DNA of 64,000 nucleotides from Podarcis erhardii (taxonomy: Eukaryota): assembly GCA_964252035.1 (NCBI GenBank), contig OZ176204.1. The stretch is one strand, 5' to 3'. The number at the start of each line of letters is the position of its first letter. Position 1 is the stretch's first letter. Under the pieces are notes generated by a model. The model saw only the letters and a list, made by a program, of their open reading frames with translations, was not told where the DNA came from and made no database searches. A program made the position numbers and the translations under genes. Shown here one piece after another: positions 22,880 to 34,720 of this stretch.

Positions 22880-23005
22880 GGATATTGCCATTGTGCCCTG
22901 CTTGTGAACTTCCCTAGGGCACAGGGCAGGCCACTGCTGGTTAGACAAAATGCTGAGCTGGATGGATCACTGGCCTGACCTGTCCTGGCAGCTCTTACAT
23001 TCTTA
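22880..23005 (+). mobile_element. Old SINE/LINE 3' tail (CR1/L2-type end)
   Basis: tgccctgcttgtgaacttccctagggca...ggccactg...atgctgagctggatggatcactggcctgacctg...ctcttacattctta; a similar relic lies at ~33600-33705. Confidence 0.45.
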
Positions 23006-23246
23006 CCCTATTGTCTGCAGTGACGGGGAAATCGATCAACCTGGGGCATTGTTTCCAGTAGGTCCTTTTAGGCTAATTTATTATCTTCTTTCCCCCCAAC
23101 CAGCTTTTACTTACCAAATGTTAACTCTTATAGTTGATTGCTAACTCTGGGGCATCAAATCCCCCCACCCACCCTGTTTCCTTGAGTGCAGTATGTGATT
23201 ATCCAACTCACAGAGCTCAAGAAAAAAAAGAGAGGTTTTGTTTTAA

Positions 23247-23567
23247 NNNNNNNNNNNNNNNNNNNNNNNNNNNNNNNNNNNNNNNNNNNNNNNNNNNNNN
23301 NNNNNNNNNNNNNNNNNNNNNNNNNNNNNNNNNNNNNNNNNNNNNNNNNNNNNNNNNNNNNNNNNNNNNNNNNNNNNNNNNNNNNNNNNNNNNNNNNNNN
23401 NNNNNNNNNNNNNNNNNNNNNNNNNNNNNNNNNNNNNNNNNNNNNNNNNNNNNNNNNNNNNNNNNNNNNNNNNNNNNNNNNNNNNNNNNNNNNNNNNNNN
23501 NNNNNNNNNNNNNNNNNNNNNNNNNNNNNNNNNNNNNNNNNNNNNNNNNNNNNNNNNNNNNNNNNNN
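23247..23567. other. N-run (321 bp), assembly gap or masked sequence
   Basis: Seen directly. Confidence 0.98.
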
Positions 23568-24767
23568 CAGGCTTCTTCTCTCTTAACAATTACAGATTTC
23601 CCTTCCTCTGACAGTTACAAATAACACTGATGGTTTCAAGCAGCAAAAATTTATTGACTTGTGCAAGTCCAGAATACGGGGACCTAGAATTTGGGCCTCC
23701 TTGTGCATTATTTTGCACATAACTAGTCAGTCTCCTATTGAGGACTCCCTAGATATAAGATGACTGAACTAGGTGGAACTAAGATCTTATTGCACATCTA
23801 TGATCTCTTTAAAGGTTGAAGATGCAGCCTTTTCTGTAAAGGAATTCAAATTTAAAGTCCCATTATATCCTCCTGGATAAAATTGCTTGCCCTGTGACAG
23901 AAGCTTCTACATTTTCTTTGCTCAAAGCACCCCTTCCACTTTGATTCTTCTTCCAAGGAACCCCTAAAGCAAATTTGCACCCACTATTGTGCTCCTAAAC
24001 ATAGTCTTAACAGGCAGCAGCTCTGCCCAAGACACTTTTCACTGGAGATGCCAGGGACAGAACCTGGGATCCTAAACAAGCCCCAAACCACTATTTTAGT
24101 GCTGCTTGGGGTTTTTTATTGTTTTATTTTGATTTTTTATTTCATAAGCTACTTAGAGGGTCAGGGGCATAATTGGCCACTGAAGAGGGACATGAATCTA
24201 AATAGATGAGCAATTCTACCCATAGGCCTTGTGACTCACTTCTAAGGCACTTGTGGCATTTTCCCCCCCAAACCATTGTTTTTATGTCTTTGATTAATAG
24301 CAAGGGCAGGCCATTGTGGAGAATTTAAAATCATGGACAGGATCCAAAGGATTGTGGGTAGGGTTGTGCTCATGCATAGGCATTTTCCTGCTGCCCCCCC
24401 AGCCTTGGGGAAAAAACCCAATGTTTGGGGGACCTTCTCAAGTAGCACCCCACAAGAGAAGTTGGGCTGTTTTGAGGGAAATTCTGCTTGTCGACTTGTA
24501 TTCTGCAAAAAAACAAAAAACAAACCAACTATGTACACCAATGCCCTATCAGCTTATGCATGTTGGAGAGTGAGGTAGGTTCTGGCTTAATTTATTGTGA
24601 AGAGGTTAATGGTTTCTGTGATTTCAGTACTAATCAGCAGTATATTCTCAAATTTTTGATTATGTAAGCACAGGTGGGGTTTGGTAATGCTTTGTTTTTT
24701 ATGAAACTTTCTATTTTATTTTAATGATTGCAACTTTCTCAGGAAGACCATTACATTATCGAGAAAT

Positions 24768-24880
24768 AAAACAAATTCCTTCCAGTAGCACCTAAAAGAC
24801 CAACTAAGTCAGTTCTTGGTATGAGCTTTCGTGTGCATGCACACTTCTTCAGATACACAGAAGTATTATTACACAGAAGT
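24768..24880 (-). mobile_element. Short Penelope pLTR insertion containing the hammerhead motif
   Basis: Near-identical to part of 21225-21634; 13-bp TSD attatcgagaaat at 24755-24767 and 24881-24893. Confidence 0.87.
24819..24856 (-). ncRNA. Minimal hammerhead ribozyme motif (second intact copy)
   Basis: 38 nt identical to 21315-21352. Confidence 0.65.
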
Positions 24881-25673
24881 ATTATCGAGAAATGTTGCAT
24901 AGTGGTAAAGGAATCAGTCTAGTTTACCATGTGTAGATTGTGTGGAAATACACATTGAGACACAGTCTTCACCAAACAAATGCTCAATCAAGTTAACAAA
25001 TACATAGTGAAAGAAAAAACAAACAAACTCGTAATAAGTAAAGCTCTGTTTTTCAGCAGTGAGAGGTTTAACTATGGTTCTGTAGGCCTTATTGAATGGA
25101 AAGGCTGTGACTTGTGTTCTGTCCCCCCCCCCCCCCCGGCTGGGGATATTAAAATTGTAAGCACACTTCTTATTATGATAATGTGCTGCAACTTTAAACA
25201 TCTCCTAACAAGGGCTAGCCATGCAAGTTCCAAGAGGACACATGAGGCAAGGAGTCAGAGACTCTTTTCAAGGCAAAGACACAATTCGAATTTGTGTACC
25301 AAGCTGATGATTGAGAATGTTTAGTTGATATTAAAATATTTTGCCTGTATTACTGCTTCATAAAGCCCTGTGGAAGGATTAGGCACCCTAACTCTGATAA
25401 ATTTGGATATTAAAAGACTGCCTTAACCCCCTTTTTACAAATGTGCACTTGATTTTAAAAAAAGGCAACAATAGTCAACAGACTGAACCCCCTTGAACTC
25501 TTAGTAGCCAATTGCATTGTCTAAACAGCTCCTGTGTAATGGATGCAGAAGACCATTGCAATCTGGAATATTGTTTAAATACCGTAAAAATCTCTGCTCA
25601 TTTACTCTGTCTGAGCTCTATAGAGAAAAGTGGTGTGGTAAAGCCTGCAATAGCAGGTGGTACCACTTTCATA

Positions 25674-25831
25674 NNNNNNNNNNNNNNNNNNNNNNNNNNN
25701 NNNNNNNNNNNNNNNNNNNNNNNNNNNNNNNNNNNNNNNNNNNNNNNNNNNNNNNNNNNNNNNNNNNNNNNNNNNNNNNNNNNNNNNNNNNNNNNNNNNN
25801 NNNNNNNNNNNNNNNNNNNNNNNNNNNNNNN
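25674..25831. other. N-run (158 bp)
   Basis: Seen directly. Confidence 0.98.
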
Positions 25832-27915
25832 GAGGCAAGCCATTGCTTTTCAGAAAGTGCCGTCAGGGGAAGATTTTTTCTGAGTTACCTGCTGGGTCCA
25901 AGCTCTTTTATGTTGTTGTTGTGACAGGTAGATTTATAAGGCTTGAAATTTGTACAAATCAGTTGTCATTCAGTGCAAGCTGTCAATGTGTCAAACTGTC
26001 ATGCCTGCTGCGAGGGGATGCCTGAGGGGGTGTACAAGGGGGCAACCATGGAGAAAGGAAATGAGTTCAAACAGACCTGAAATGGAGCTCACTTCTCTGG
26101 TTTTTTCTGCCCCTGTAGAGCTGGCATTGATTTTCCTTGATGTTGAGCAACAGCAAACCTTAAATGACATGTTGTTAGCAATCTAAAGTTGCTGTTTATT
26201 GTCTCTTAAATGGCAGCAAATCATGCAGAAGAGAATACTGTGTGTGTGTGTTTTGAATTGTGCTGCATGTTTTAGCAGCATCCTGTTCATGTCACTTTTC
26301 TCTGGCCTGGCTGGTTCCTAACTGGAGACCTGCTGCCTCTGTGTTGATGAGCACCACTTTCCTGTAGCATTTTGCAGACACAGCATGAAAGGGGAAAATG
26401 TTGCTGGCTCCTTTTCTCAGGCAGGTTGATGGCTAATAAACTCAGCACTTCAAAGATACAGAAGCATCAATATCTAACATACCATATGCATGCTTTTTCT
26501 TGACTATAGGTGGCCAGATCAAAATTTTCAGATAATAAAGGGCATCTTGGAGTTGCAGTGTCTGAAATAAGGGTAGCAATTATGCTTCCTTGGGCTGTGG
26601 TAATTTGGACTACAGGACATCTGGTAACCTTAAGAAGGCTTATTATTAATGCAGCCTTTGGCTGCATCATTAATTTCACCCATCAGTTTTTTGCCTCAAT
26701 AGAGAAACATTTCAGTGCATCTTCTGAAGTAGGCCCTTGCCCATGAAAGCTTCTGTCACAATGAATTTGTTATTCTTTTAAGGTACCATGAGACTCTTCA
26801 TTTTGCTGCAACAGACAAATGCAGCTATTTTTAAATTGAGTGTTGATTTATATGCAAAGTTAACAAACAGTACCCTAAAATACATAATTTAGACAGCTAC
26901 TAAATTAATACTGGCCTGCGAGCGATATATGTAACTTAAAACCTATGACTAAGCTGGAAGACAAGCTGATTAGTAACCTTTTATTTACAGAGATGTCTAA
27001 CTAGATTGCAAAAGTCATGGATTTCAAAGTTTGTAGATAGTAACTGAGAATATTGTGCACAGTTTGCTTTCCCCCTCTCCTGGCTCACATATCATTTGTC
27101 CAGGGGGTTTTGCTTTTTGGTGTGTGCCCAATACTGAGTAAATTTATTACTACCTTTAGTTATGGACTAAGTCTCTTGAGCAATGTTGCATTTTAAACAA
27201 GATTGACCTGGCTGCTGTCCTGACTTTGTGTTCTCTTCACATCTGGACCAGTTGTCCAGCCTTTAATTAGTCATGCAATCTTTTTTACTTTTTGGCACAC
27301 TTAGTTTGATCCTTCACTTATCAGGTGATGTTGGGAAGCAACCAGGAAAAAGTAAAACTGGATGGAAACAAAAAAATGGGAAGGTGACATTTGTGCACCA
27401 ATCAGCAAGAAGAGGTAAAAAAAATTAATCAAAGATTTCCATACAGCCATTACCAGCTGGCATTCATGGCCTCTGAGCCGTTGAGCTAAAAAGTCTACAG
27501 AGAGGTACACGGCGCAGCTGAGTTTGTCTTGTAAAAACACAGCTGTCCAAAACATGACAGCTACAGCATTAGCAGGGCCATTAAGAGGTGTAGAACATTT
27601 CCAGGGAAATGATTTGAAAAATGACAATGCTGGCTCCTTGTGCGATATTAATTATACCCTGTGCTCATGGCAAATAAGCTAAAATAGTTGGCAAGAAAGA
27701 CAAAATGAGGTGTCTTGTTTCTGGTAGTCATTCGGATCAGTCATTGTACAAGCTTCTGTATCTTTTTTTTTAAAAAGAGCTAACACTAATGGACAAGAGG
27801 GTGTTTCTTCATTAAGCATTCTTGGTTTGTGCTTGCGCTTTAAAAACTTGTGTTTCTAAGTGCAAAGTGAATCTCCCTGAAGCAATGTGCATGCTTGCTA
27901 TGGGATATATAAGCT

Positions 27916-28045
27916 CTTTCTTTCTTTCTTTCTTTTTAAATAATTTTTATTAAACATTTTCCTTGTTTACAAAAGCACATGCATTGTCTCTTTCTATAGG
28001 TTGTTTTTTCTATAGATCAGTTACATTTGCTGTGAGATGTAAGCT
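27916..28045 (-). mobile_element. Probable L1 3' end relic
   Basis: (CTTT)n, then ttttaaataatttttattaaacattttccttgtttacaaaagc; resembles lizard L1 3' UTR/poly-A in reverse; recognised from memory only. Confidence 0.4.
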
Positions 28046-28684
28046 ATTTCTGAATCTTTCCCCCCATTTCTTTTGGTCTGCCTTGATTGAGCAATGATCA
28101 GTCCAGTCTCCTTACCACAAGTTCAGCATAGAGACTGTGTGCCAACCTCTGCCTCTCCTTGATTGATTTTGACAGTTATGAGTCAATCATGCCACACTCT
28201 ATTTTTGCTGGTTGTTTTAGTAGGATGGGTGGGCAACTTTACCTCTTTTCTTGCAGGTGACACTGAAAGTGTGGTATGAGTTGCTTCTGCCTGTAGCATA
28301 CAAGTGAGTCCTTCAGCTGAGCCATTGGTTTTTTGTTTTGCTCTGTCTTTGCTGCATTGGATAACTAGAGCTTGAACAGACTTTTCCTAGGGGCTCTCAC
28401 ACTGACCAAACCTAATCCCTGCTTTCAAAGAAAATATTAAAATGCACATGAATTTTGCAAACAAAGTTTGGTCTTGTCATATTGTCAAGCAATAGCACCA
28501 TTTTGCATATTGTGTGGTTAGGGAACTTGCTGGCTGAAAAAGTTAGGATTCTGTGTCTTCTCTGCCATGTTGTTTTGTCTCTTAATTGAAAGCTGAGGTT
28601 CTATGAGCCTTTGGTTTTGTGCCAGTGTGAAAGATGTGTAGAATGCAGACATCTGTGTATTTGGGGGTTCATAGTTGATGGCAT

Positions 28685-29054
28685 TTTTGAGTTATGGTGC
28701 TGGAGGAGACTCTTGAGAGTCCCATGGACTGCAAGAAGATCAAACCTATCCATTCTTAAGGAAATCAGCCCTGAGTGCTCACTGGAAGGACAGATCATGA
28801 AGCTGAGGCTCCAATACTTTGGCCACCTCATGAGAAGAGAAGACTCCCTGGAAAAGACCCTGATGTTGGGAAAGATGGAGGGCACAAGGAGAAGGGGACG
28901 ACAGAAGGCCGAGATGGTTGGACAGTGTTCTCGAAGCTACCAGCATGAGTTTGACCAAACTGCGGGAGGCAGTGGAAGACCGAAGTGCCTGGCGTGCTCT
29001 GGTCCAGGGGGTCATGAAGAGTCGGACACGACGAAACAACTAAACAACAACAAC
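28685..29054 (+). mobile_element. RTE-BovB LINE, 5'-truncated 3' end
   Basis: FELWCWRRLLRVPWTARRSNLSILKEISPECSLEGQIMKLRLQYFGHLMRREDSLEKTLMLGK.EG.RRRGRQ; (CAA)n tail; 12-bp TSD agttgatggcat at 28673-28684 and 29055-29066. Confidence 0.93.
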
Positions 29055-29140
29055 AGTTGATGGCATCAGTTTGTTTAGACTGTGGGGGTCTAGTGGGATA
29101 AAAAGTTAGTTGCATAAGCAAAGCTATATTAAAAGACTAT

Positions 29141-29423
29141 GGAGTAAACCCTACACAAATCTGGAGTGGAGTTCCTAAGATGGTTGAATGCCACCTTGCA
29201 TGCCTCCTTCTGGCAACTTCTACAGCCAAGCTGGTGCTAGACATATTGCTGAGAGTGGGGTCTTGTCGTCAGTGCAGCCAAGGACCTCCATACACACTGC
29301 CTAGCCTTGTGCCCTGGGGAGGTCACTTTGGTGCTGCTAATGCTGTGGCTTGCCCTTGACCCTGGAGGCACACTCCATTGTCTCTAGAGACAGACGGATG
29401 CCAACAACAATTAAAACAACAAC
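29141..29423 (+). mobile_element. Interspersed non-LTR-type repeat with (CAA)n tail, family uncertain
   Basis: GC-richer block ending gagacagacggatgccaacaacaa; resembles a lizard repeat I recall but cannot name reliably. Confidence 0.4.
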
Positions 29424-29699
29424 ATTTGGTCATGGTAACAATTGACTACATGGACAGTTTCAAAGGTTTTGGTGAAAACTTGTTGATACAAAAGCAAAAG
29501 AAGCAACTTGTTACTGTTTTCTGAAGGAAAAAAAAATCAAACTCTTCCCAGTTATTCATGCCTTGTATTTGTAAATAGAATAGTATAACAGTGAGGAAAG
29601 TCTGGTACTGTTCAAAGTGCTGGTTATGACCTACAAAGCCCTATATGGCTTGTGTGTGTTTTCAATGGAGAAGTGTTGTGTGGGTGTATAGCAATTATA

Positions 29700-30058
29700 A
29701 AGGTAAAGGTAAAGGGACCCCTGACCATTAGGTCCAGTCGTGACCGACTCTGGGGTTGCAGCGCTCATCTCGCTTTATTGGCCGAGGGAGCCAGCATACA
29801 GCTTCCGGGTCATGTGGCCAGCATGGCTAAGCCACTTCTGGAAAACCAGAGCAGCACATGGAAATGTTGTTTACCTTCCTGCCGGAGCGGTACCTATTTA
29901 TCTACTTGCATTTTGACGTGCTTTCGAGCTGCTAGGCTGGCAGGAGCAGGGACCGAGCAACGGGAGTTCACCCCGTCGCAGGGATTCGAACCGCCGACCG
30001 TCTGATCGGCAAGTCCTAGGCTCTGTGGTTTAACCCACAGTGCCACCCACGTCCCTTT
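29700..30058 (-). mobile_element. Sauria SINE, full length
   Basis: tRNA-related head on minus (gggacgtgggtggcactgtgggttaaacc...ggttcgaatccc), (ACCTTT)n tail, 13-bp TSD tatagcaattata at 29687-29699 and 30059-30071. Confidence 0.93.
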
Positions 30059-33000
30059 TATAGCAATTATAGTGTATGATAAAAATCCTGCTTTTGAAAG
30101 AAAACTGAGGCTACTTCTAATTCCTTTTATTGTCTTTGTCCATGGTTCCTGCTTCTAAATGAGTACACGAAATGCACTGATGCAATTCACACATAATGCT
30201 ATGTACCAAGTGGCCAGGAAGAGCATTTTTGCTGAGTATGCTTTCAGAGAACGTCCACTAGCCTTATGTTGGAACCAGGAATCCAAGTCTACAGTAAAAA
30301 AATGATTTGAAGTTGAATTTTTTGGAAACTATTTGTTTGAAGCCAGGATTCTTGATTTGTACGCAATGCTGAGGTTCTTTGAAACTTGAAGTAAACTTGG
30401 CAGTAGTCTTTCTTCTGGCCACATTGGAGGAGGTAGATGCAGAAGCCTGATAATTCACTTGGGCTTGCTGAGGCTTGTCCCAGGTTTAATGTTACACACA
30501 AACCCAATATCTTGTTTTGGACTGAACTCATAACACTTGGCTTTCTGATGGTGAATTTTATCCTCCTGCTTTTATGCAACAGGGAAGACATTTCAGATTT
30601 CATTTGGTAGGAGTGCAAGACAAGATTCACAGCAAAAGTTCAATAAGCTGGTCTTGGGTATATTGAGATTAAATGGCAAATTCAGTTATTTTCAGATTTT
30701 GTGTAGTCTTTTTTTGTATCTCACATAATAACCAGAGCTATAAGCTATTCCTTAAACACACGGGGGTCTGAAATGTGGGAAATGTGCCCTATAACAAGCC
30801 AAGTATAGTGTATGGGTTTTGCCAAGGGAAAATAATTTTCTTTTGAACTTGGTTTTTGTGGTTTTGTTCCTTGGCATTTGAATGTGAAGTATTCATATTG
30901 TCTCTGTTTGCATGTATATCTGTGTGTAATGGCCTTTTGAGAAACCGTATCTATATTTTGAAATCTCACCTTGGTTCTTCACACCTCTTGCTATGTAAAC
31001 TTGATGTGTGGGTTTTAGTCATGAGTTCAATAAAGGAGAAAGGCAGGTGTAGTCTCCCATATCATTCATTGGTGAATTCTTCTTTTAAGCAAGGTTGGTC
31101 AGGAGTAAAATGAAGATCAAAGTTTGCTGACTGATTTTAATCTGACTGGGAAATTTGGGTGGTTGTATTTCTGCTTTACTTTCTTTTTCTGAAAAAAAGG
31201 GAAATGCTAACTTTGGGATCAATGGGCATAAAATGAAGAAATCCTAGAACCTCCTCATATATACAACTTTTTATCTGACTGTTGTTAACTCATCTCAGGA
31301 CTATATATATATATATGTATATATATAATGAATAACAGATGAAATTATATATGAAGATATTAACAAGGTCCAGGAAAGGAAACCACACCATATACATTAG
31401 CAAATAAATGCCCCATGGGATAAATTCCTATCCAAGTACTACCATCCTTTTAGGGATGGATTACCAAAAGAAGTATGCAAACTTGTGTCTCTGATTATCA
31501 TCATTAGTAGTATTATGCCTGTGTGTTATATGAACTATTAGAGCTCTCCTGATTTACACATCATGAAGTAAATATATTTGCCCATCTCTCCTGCTGTTAC
31601 TATCATAGATGATTATACATAGGCCTTGATTTTTATGGCATATATGAAGAGTAAGCCCATTCTTAGATAGTAGACACAACTGCATCTGCCGTAAAAAATA
31701 TGCATTCCGTGGTCCATTGTTTAATTACTAGCCATAAAAAATGTGTTGTTTTCTTTACTATAATGCTGTTCAACCTGTATATGGCCTCATGACATAGATC
31801 TCCCCATCTAACTGTGGTGGTGAGTTCTCAGATATCTCTCACATTCTTAGAGATTGACCTTGAAAGCATATTAGTACCTAAGTATGGCTGAACCTCTGGA
31901 AAGAAGTCCTGTGTTCAGTTAACTCTCAAGTACCATTTTAGGTGTGCTGGAAAGTTGTGATCGGGGTGGGGGCATATCCTCTTGAAGTCACCATTCTAAA
32001 ACTGTCTCTTAGGAATGCCTGTCATGCCATTTTACTGTTCAAAAAGATCTAAGAAAGCAAAATTGAAAGTCTTCCTGCTGATTTCAGTTTAGAAATGCCC
32101 CAAGACTAAGTTACTGGTGCATGATGTATACGCACAACCAAGGAAGAAAACATATGTTTGTTGTTGTTTCCTTACCACCAGTTGACATAATTTTATGTAT
32201 GAGACTGGTGCATCGGAAAGGAAGGCAATGTTTTAAATTAGACTGATTAAAATGTGTTTCTGGTCCAAGAGTTTTGTTTTCTGGAACATGCAAAAGAGGA
32301 CAGTTGCAGAAAACCACAAATAAAACCCACCTTCCTTACATGTAGGCACACACCCAAGAGAAGGGGACAAAGCCCACCCACTGCTTGTCTGCATGTGCTA
32401 ATTTCTTTAAAGGTATTCAACTGTAAAACCACTCATATTCTAGAAATGAAACTGTTAAAAGTAGAAAGGTCAGTCAAGCTTACAGTCTCAGTTTGTAAGG
32501 AAAAAATGAGATTCAACTTCCTAGATAAAAAGAAAACTCAAGATCTTTCCAGAATGCTGCTTCTGTGTTTGTGTCTACCAGAAATGATGCTCCAATTTGC
32601 TTGGTTGCCCCAGGAAAAACCTTCCAATAGGCTTGTCTTTAGCACTGTTGAGCAATGCTCCCTCCCCCACCCCATAGTCCCAAGATCCAATACATCACTC
32701 TGCTACCTGCGTTGGTCCTGTAGTTAAATTGCTTTATACAAACAACTCTTTGTAATTCCTTCTGTGAAAAACGTTGTGTGCTCTTGGTAAAGAAAGGGGG
32801 AAGAAAGATCTGAAAATAAGAGGTCACAAGCAGGTCAAAATGTTTAGTGGAAAGATCCTGCAAAGTTTCATGCCATTCTGTTTTGAGATTCTAGTTGAGA
32901 TGGTCATTGCTTTATTTTGTTTCTTTTAAGGGTCTTATCAAAATATAGTTTCCTCCCGCCCACCCAGGCAAAAAGCAACACCCCGCTCTACTAAGGTCGG

Positions 33001-33853
33001 CCTGTATCTTTTAAAAGAGACATTTAAATGCTGTAGCTTTTTATCTGATAATCCTTTCTTAAACATATTGAACATGAGAAATAATACTTTATCTTAACTG
33101 CCTAGTGCGGAGAAAATGTCTTAAAATTATAGTGTGTGGCAAATTAGAGACTGCTTTGTTCCCCCCACCCTTTCTAGTGCTGAAACATAAGCTGCCCCCC
33201 CTTTTTTACCTTGTTTATCTTGAAAACACACTTTAATGCCTGTGGTGTTTCTGTTAACCTCCCTGAACTCTTGTGATTTCATTCATGTGATTTGTTGTTG
33301 AATGACCTTTCAAGGATTTCACAAAACATGACCTTTTTCTTGTCAAACATTCAAGGGTTTGTCAAGTGAAGCTGTCAGGGGGGACAATGCTTGTTTTGCT
33401 CATTATAACTAATGTGCTTACAACATCCTTGAAAATGCAAATCATATTTTTCCACATTAGTTTGTGTATTCATTGTTTTGGAAAGAAAGAACTTTCTGAT
33501 ATGTAAAGACATGTAATATGTAACATGCACCATCTTTATTGATTTTTCTAAAAGTTAGAGCCATGGGTGTTCTTTAGATAATTTGGCATGGCTACTAAAT
33601 CATGCTCTTTCTGAGGATTTCCAAGAGCACATGGCTGGTCACTATTGGAAACAGAATGCTGTGTTAGATGCACCTTTGGTTTGAACCAGCAAAGCAGTTT
33701 CATGTAACAGTGACCTAGTTCTCACTGAAGTGGTAAATCTGTGTCTGCACTGTTTCATTTCATAGTGCAGCACATGATGGAATGCTCCCCTATAAAACAA
33801 ATTTTCATGCACTTAGAAATCTAGTGAAGTTGGAAATTTCCCTTCTATGTGCA

Positions 33854-33855
<2 letters not shown>

Positions 33856-33889
<34 letters not shown>
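33856..33889. repeat. (TG)n microsatellite
   Basis: Seen directly. Confidence 0.95.
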
Positions 33890-33892
<3 letters not shown>

Positions 33893-33972
33893 CATGCGCA
33901 CATAACTGTGGATGAGCATTCCAAAGTGGTATTGATCAGATAGATACACATTCGCTGACTTAGTGGGAATTA

Positions 33973-34260
33973 CCATATTTTTCTGTGTATAAGATGCCCC
34001 CATGTATAAGATGACTCCTATTTGTTTTAACCCAAAATTAAGAAATCAGTATTTTAAACATGAAACAGAACACTTTGAGCTTTTTGGGGAAGGTTGCCCA
34101 AAGTTAGGGTTGCGATATTTCAAGAGCCCGAGCCTGCGCTGCCCACACCAGAGCCTGAGCTGGAACTCCTGTGCATTCACCATCTATGTATAAGATGGTC
34201 CCCAATTTCTGACTAATTTTTTAAAGCAAAAAACATTACCATATACATGGAAAAATACGG
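33973..34260. mobile_element. Tc1/mariner (Tc2/pogo-like) MITE
   Basis: TIRs cc(a/g)tatttttc(t/c)(g/a)tgtata ... tatacatggaaaaatacgg; TA on both sides; internal repeats of tataagatg. Confidence 0.75.
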
Positions 34261-34569
34261 TAAGTTTATTCTGCCAATTTTTTGTGTTAAAAAATGTACT
34301 TTCAGTCAAGTCACCATTAACATGAGCAACAAATACAACTTTAAAAAAGTACTTCAGTTTTCTCCAGTTATTGCTAATTTAGTGAAACATTGGGTTACTT
34401 ATGTTGTTTGGGTCAGAACTTAGTGTACAGTTGAGTTGAATCAGTGTAATAAGTTCCACACATTTTCCTCAAACCTTGGATGTTCCCACATGAGTCTTTG
34501 TTCAGTTTACAATAGCCCTGTTTTACTGGATTTCTGTTTTTATCATCGTCGTTCATGATACTGTTTTAT

Positions 34570-34720
34570 GTTGATTTTATTTTATTATTTTTTATTCAAC
34601 TTATACACTGCCCTATACCCGGAGGTCTCAGGGTGGTTCACAACAAGACCACAACATATAAATCAAACCAAAAGCAGTAATCCAATAACAGCCCCCCCCC
34701 CAAAGCCACATTCTAAAAGG
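34570..34720 (-). mobile_element. L2-type LINE 3' end
   Basis: Reverse of gtgaaccaccctgagacctccgggtatagggcagtgtataagttgaataaaaaataat; related tails at ~44100-44175 and ~47680-47742 (+). Confidence 0.6.

Noticed and set aside
23134-23611. Long ORFs across this and the other N-runs
   Set aside because: Artefacts of translating N as X.
27325-27414. Possible 90-nt plus-strand exon (tcag|gtgatg...agag|gtaaaa; DVGKQPGKSKTGWKQKNGKVTFVHQSARR)
   Set aside because: Weak polypyrimidine tract and donor, unrecognised peptide, and no partner exons found.
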